64,000 nt of DNA, from positions 16,492,001 through 16,556,000 of the forward strand of contig NC_043021.1 of NCBI RefSeq assembly GCF_006345805.1, read 5' to 3'. A program made the position numbers and the translations under genes. The DNA is from Octopus sinensis (Eukaryota). The notes below the pieces were generated by a model that saw only the letters and a list, made by a program, of their open reading frames with translations, did not search any database and was not told where the DNA came from. Below, one piece after another: positions 63,007 to 64,000 of the stretch (positions are counted from its first letter, which is position 1; each line of letters starts with the position of its first letter).

Positions 63007-63362
63007 AGCACACACACGCATGCATGCACAAAAATGTATATATATGCATAAAGCATATACAAAAATAATACACATATGAAAACCCATAGAAACACTCAAA
63101 TACACACATATACATACATATATATATATACACACACACACACACATATATACACACAAAAATGCATATATACACACATACACATATACATACAAAAATG
63201 CATATATACACACATACACATATACATACAAAAATGCATATATACACACATACACATATACATACAAAAATGCATATATATATATATATACATACATATA
63301 TATACACACAAAAATGCATATATATATATATATATATATATACATACATACACACACAAAAA

Positions 63363-63398
<36 letters not shown>

Positions 63399-63500
63399 CA
63401 CACACAAAAATGCATATATATACATACACACACACTCATAAAAACTTTACATGTATATACGCACATATACATACATACATGCATACAGACATGTACGTAT
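62960..63500. repeat. CA/TA microsatellite with about 30-bp CACACAAAAATGCATATATA units
   Basis: Direct inspection. Confidence 0.9.
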
Positions 63501-63812
63501 ACTTTTGCTGCACGATTATGCAGAGTTTGGTTGAGATTTGTACAGATGAAATAAGAAAAATATGAAAGGCACTTGGAATATTTGGTCGGGTGTTGTATTT
63601 GGAAGGATGCCCTAGAAAACAGTTTGGTGCCAAGTACAATAACTATCAAACAGACAGACACACACAGTCACCATTAATTCTACTCAACTACTACTACTAC
63701 TACATTACATCTAGCAGAAGTAGTAAGTATCCAGTGGCAGTAACACTGTGTCACTGTGCCACACACCCGCCCAGCCAATGATATTTTTTTTTTGTAAATA
63801 TATATATATTTA

Positions 63813-64000
63813 CTCTTTTCTCTTTTACTTGTTTCAGTCATTTGACTGCGGCCATGCTGGAGCACCGCCTTTAGTCGAGCAAATCGACCCCGGGACTTAT
63901 TCTTTGTAAGCCCAGTACTTATTCTATCGGTCTCTTTTGCCGAACCGCTAAGTGACGGGGACGTAAACACACCAGCATCGGTTGTCAAGCAATGCTAGAG
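63813..64000 (-). mobile_element. SINE S1, 3' part (runs off window)
   Basis: CTTTTACTTGTTTCAGTCATTTGACTGCGGCCATGCTGGAGCACCGCC..., CpGs intact. Confidence 0.85.

Overview
AT-rich, repeat-dense eukaryotic genomic DNA. The SINE families and microsatellite load look like an octopus/coleoid cephalopod genome; this is inferred from recalled repeat families, not from a search. Two protein-coding genes are supported, both on the + strand. (1) The 3' part of an AGTRAP-like gene, with exons at 5469-5505 (alternative A), 16672-16702 (alternative B), 25526-25632 and 26231-26340; none of these appears as a usable ORF in the supplied track. (2) A complete two-exon XXYLT1 (GT8 xyloside xylosyltransferase, 398 aa) at 40710-41231 + 44798-45472. 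The top observation is a pair of homologous microexons in the AGTRAP-like gene. Each has a U2-type acceptor and a U12-type GTATCCTT donor, and both share one U12 branch site/acceptor (TTCCTTGAC...AG at 25505-25525). This hybrid major/minor-spliceosome layout would force mutually exclusive splicing, as known for vertebrate JNK genes. The second theme is several unrelated short elements, mostly embedded in (TA)n, that carry type I hammerhead-ribozyme-like motifs (Penelope/retrozyme-like), including one with a compensatory G3-C8 core. Several long palindromes have inner edges at the predicted self-cleavage site. The rest is SINEs, LINE fragments (RTE, CR1), MITEs (Merlin-, piggyBac-, Tc1/pogo-, Helitron-like), minisatellites and microsatellites. 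Almost all other ORFs in the track are repeat artefacts.
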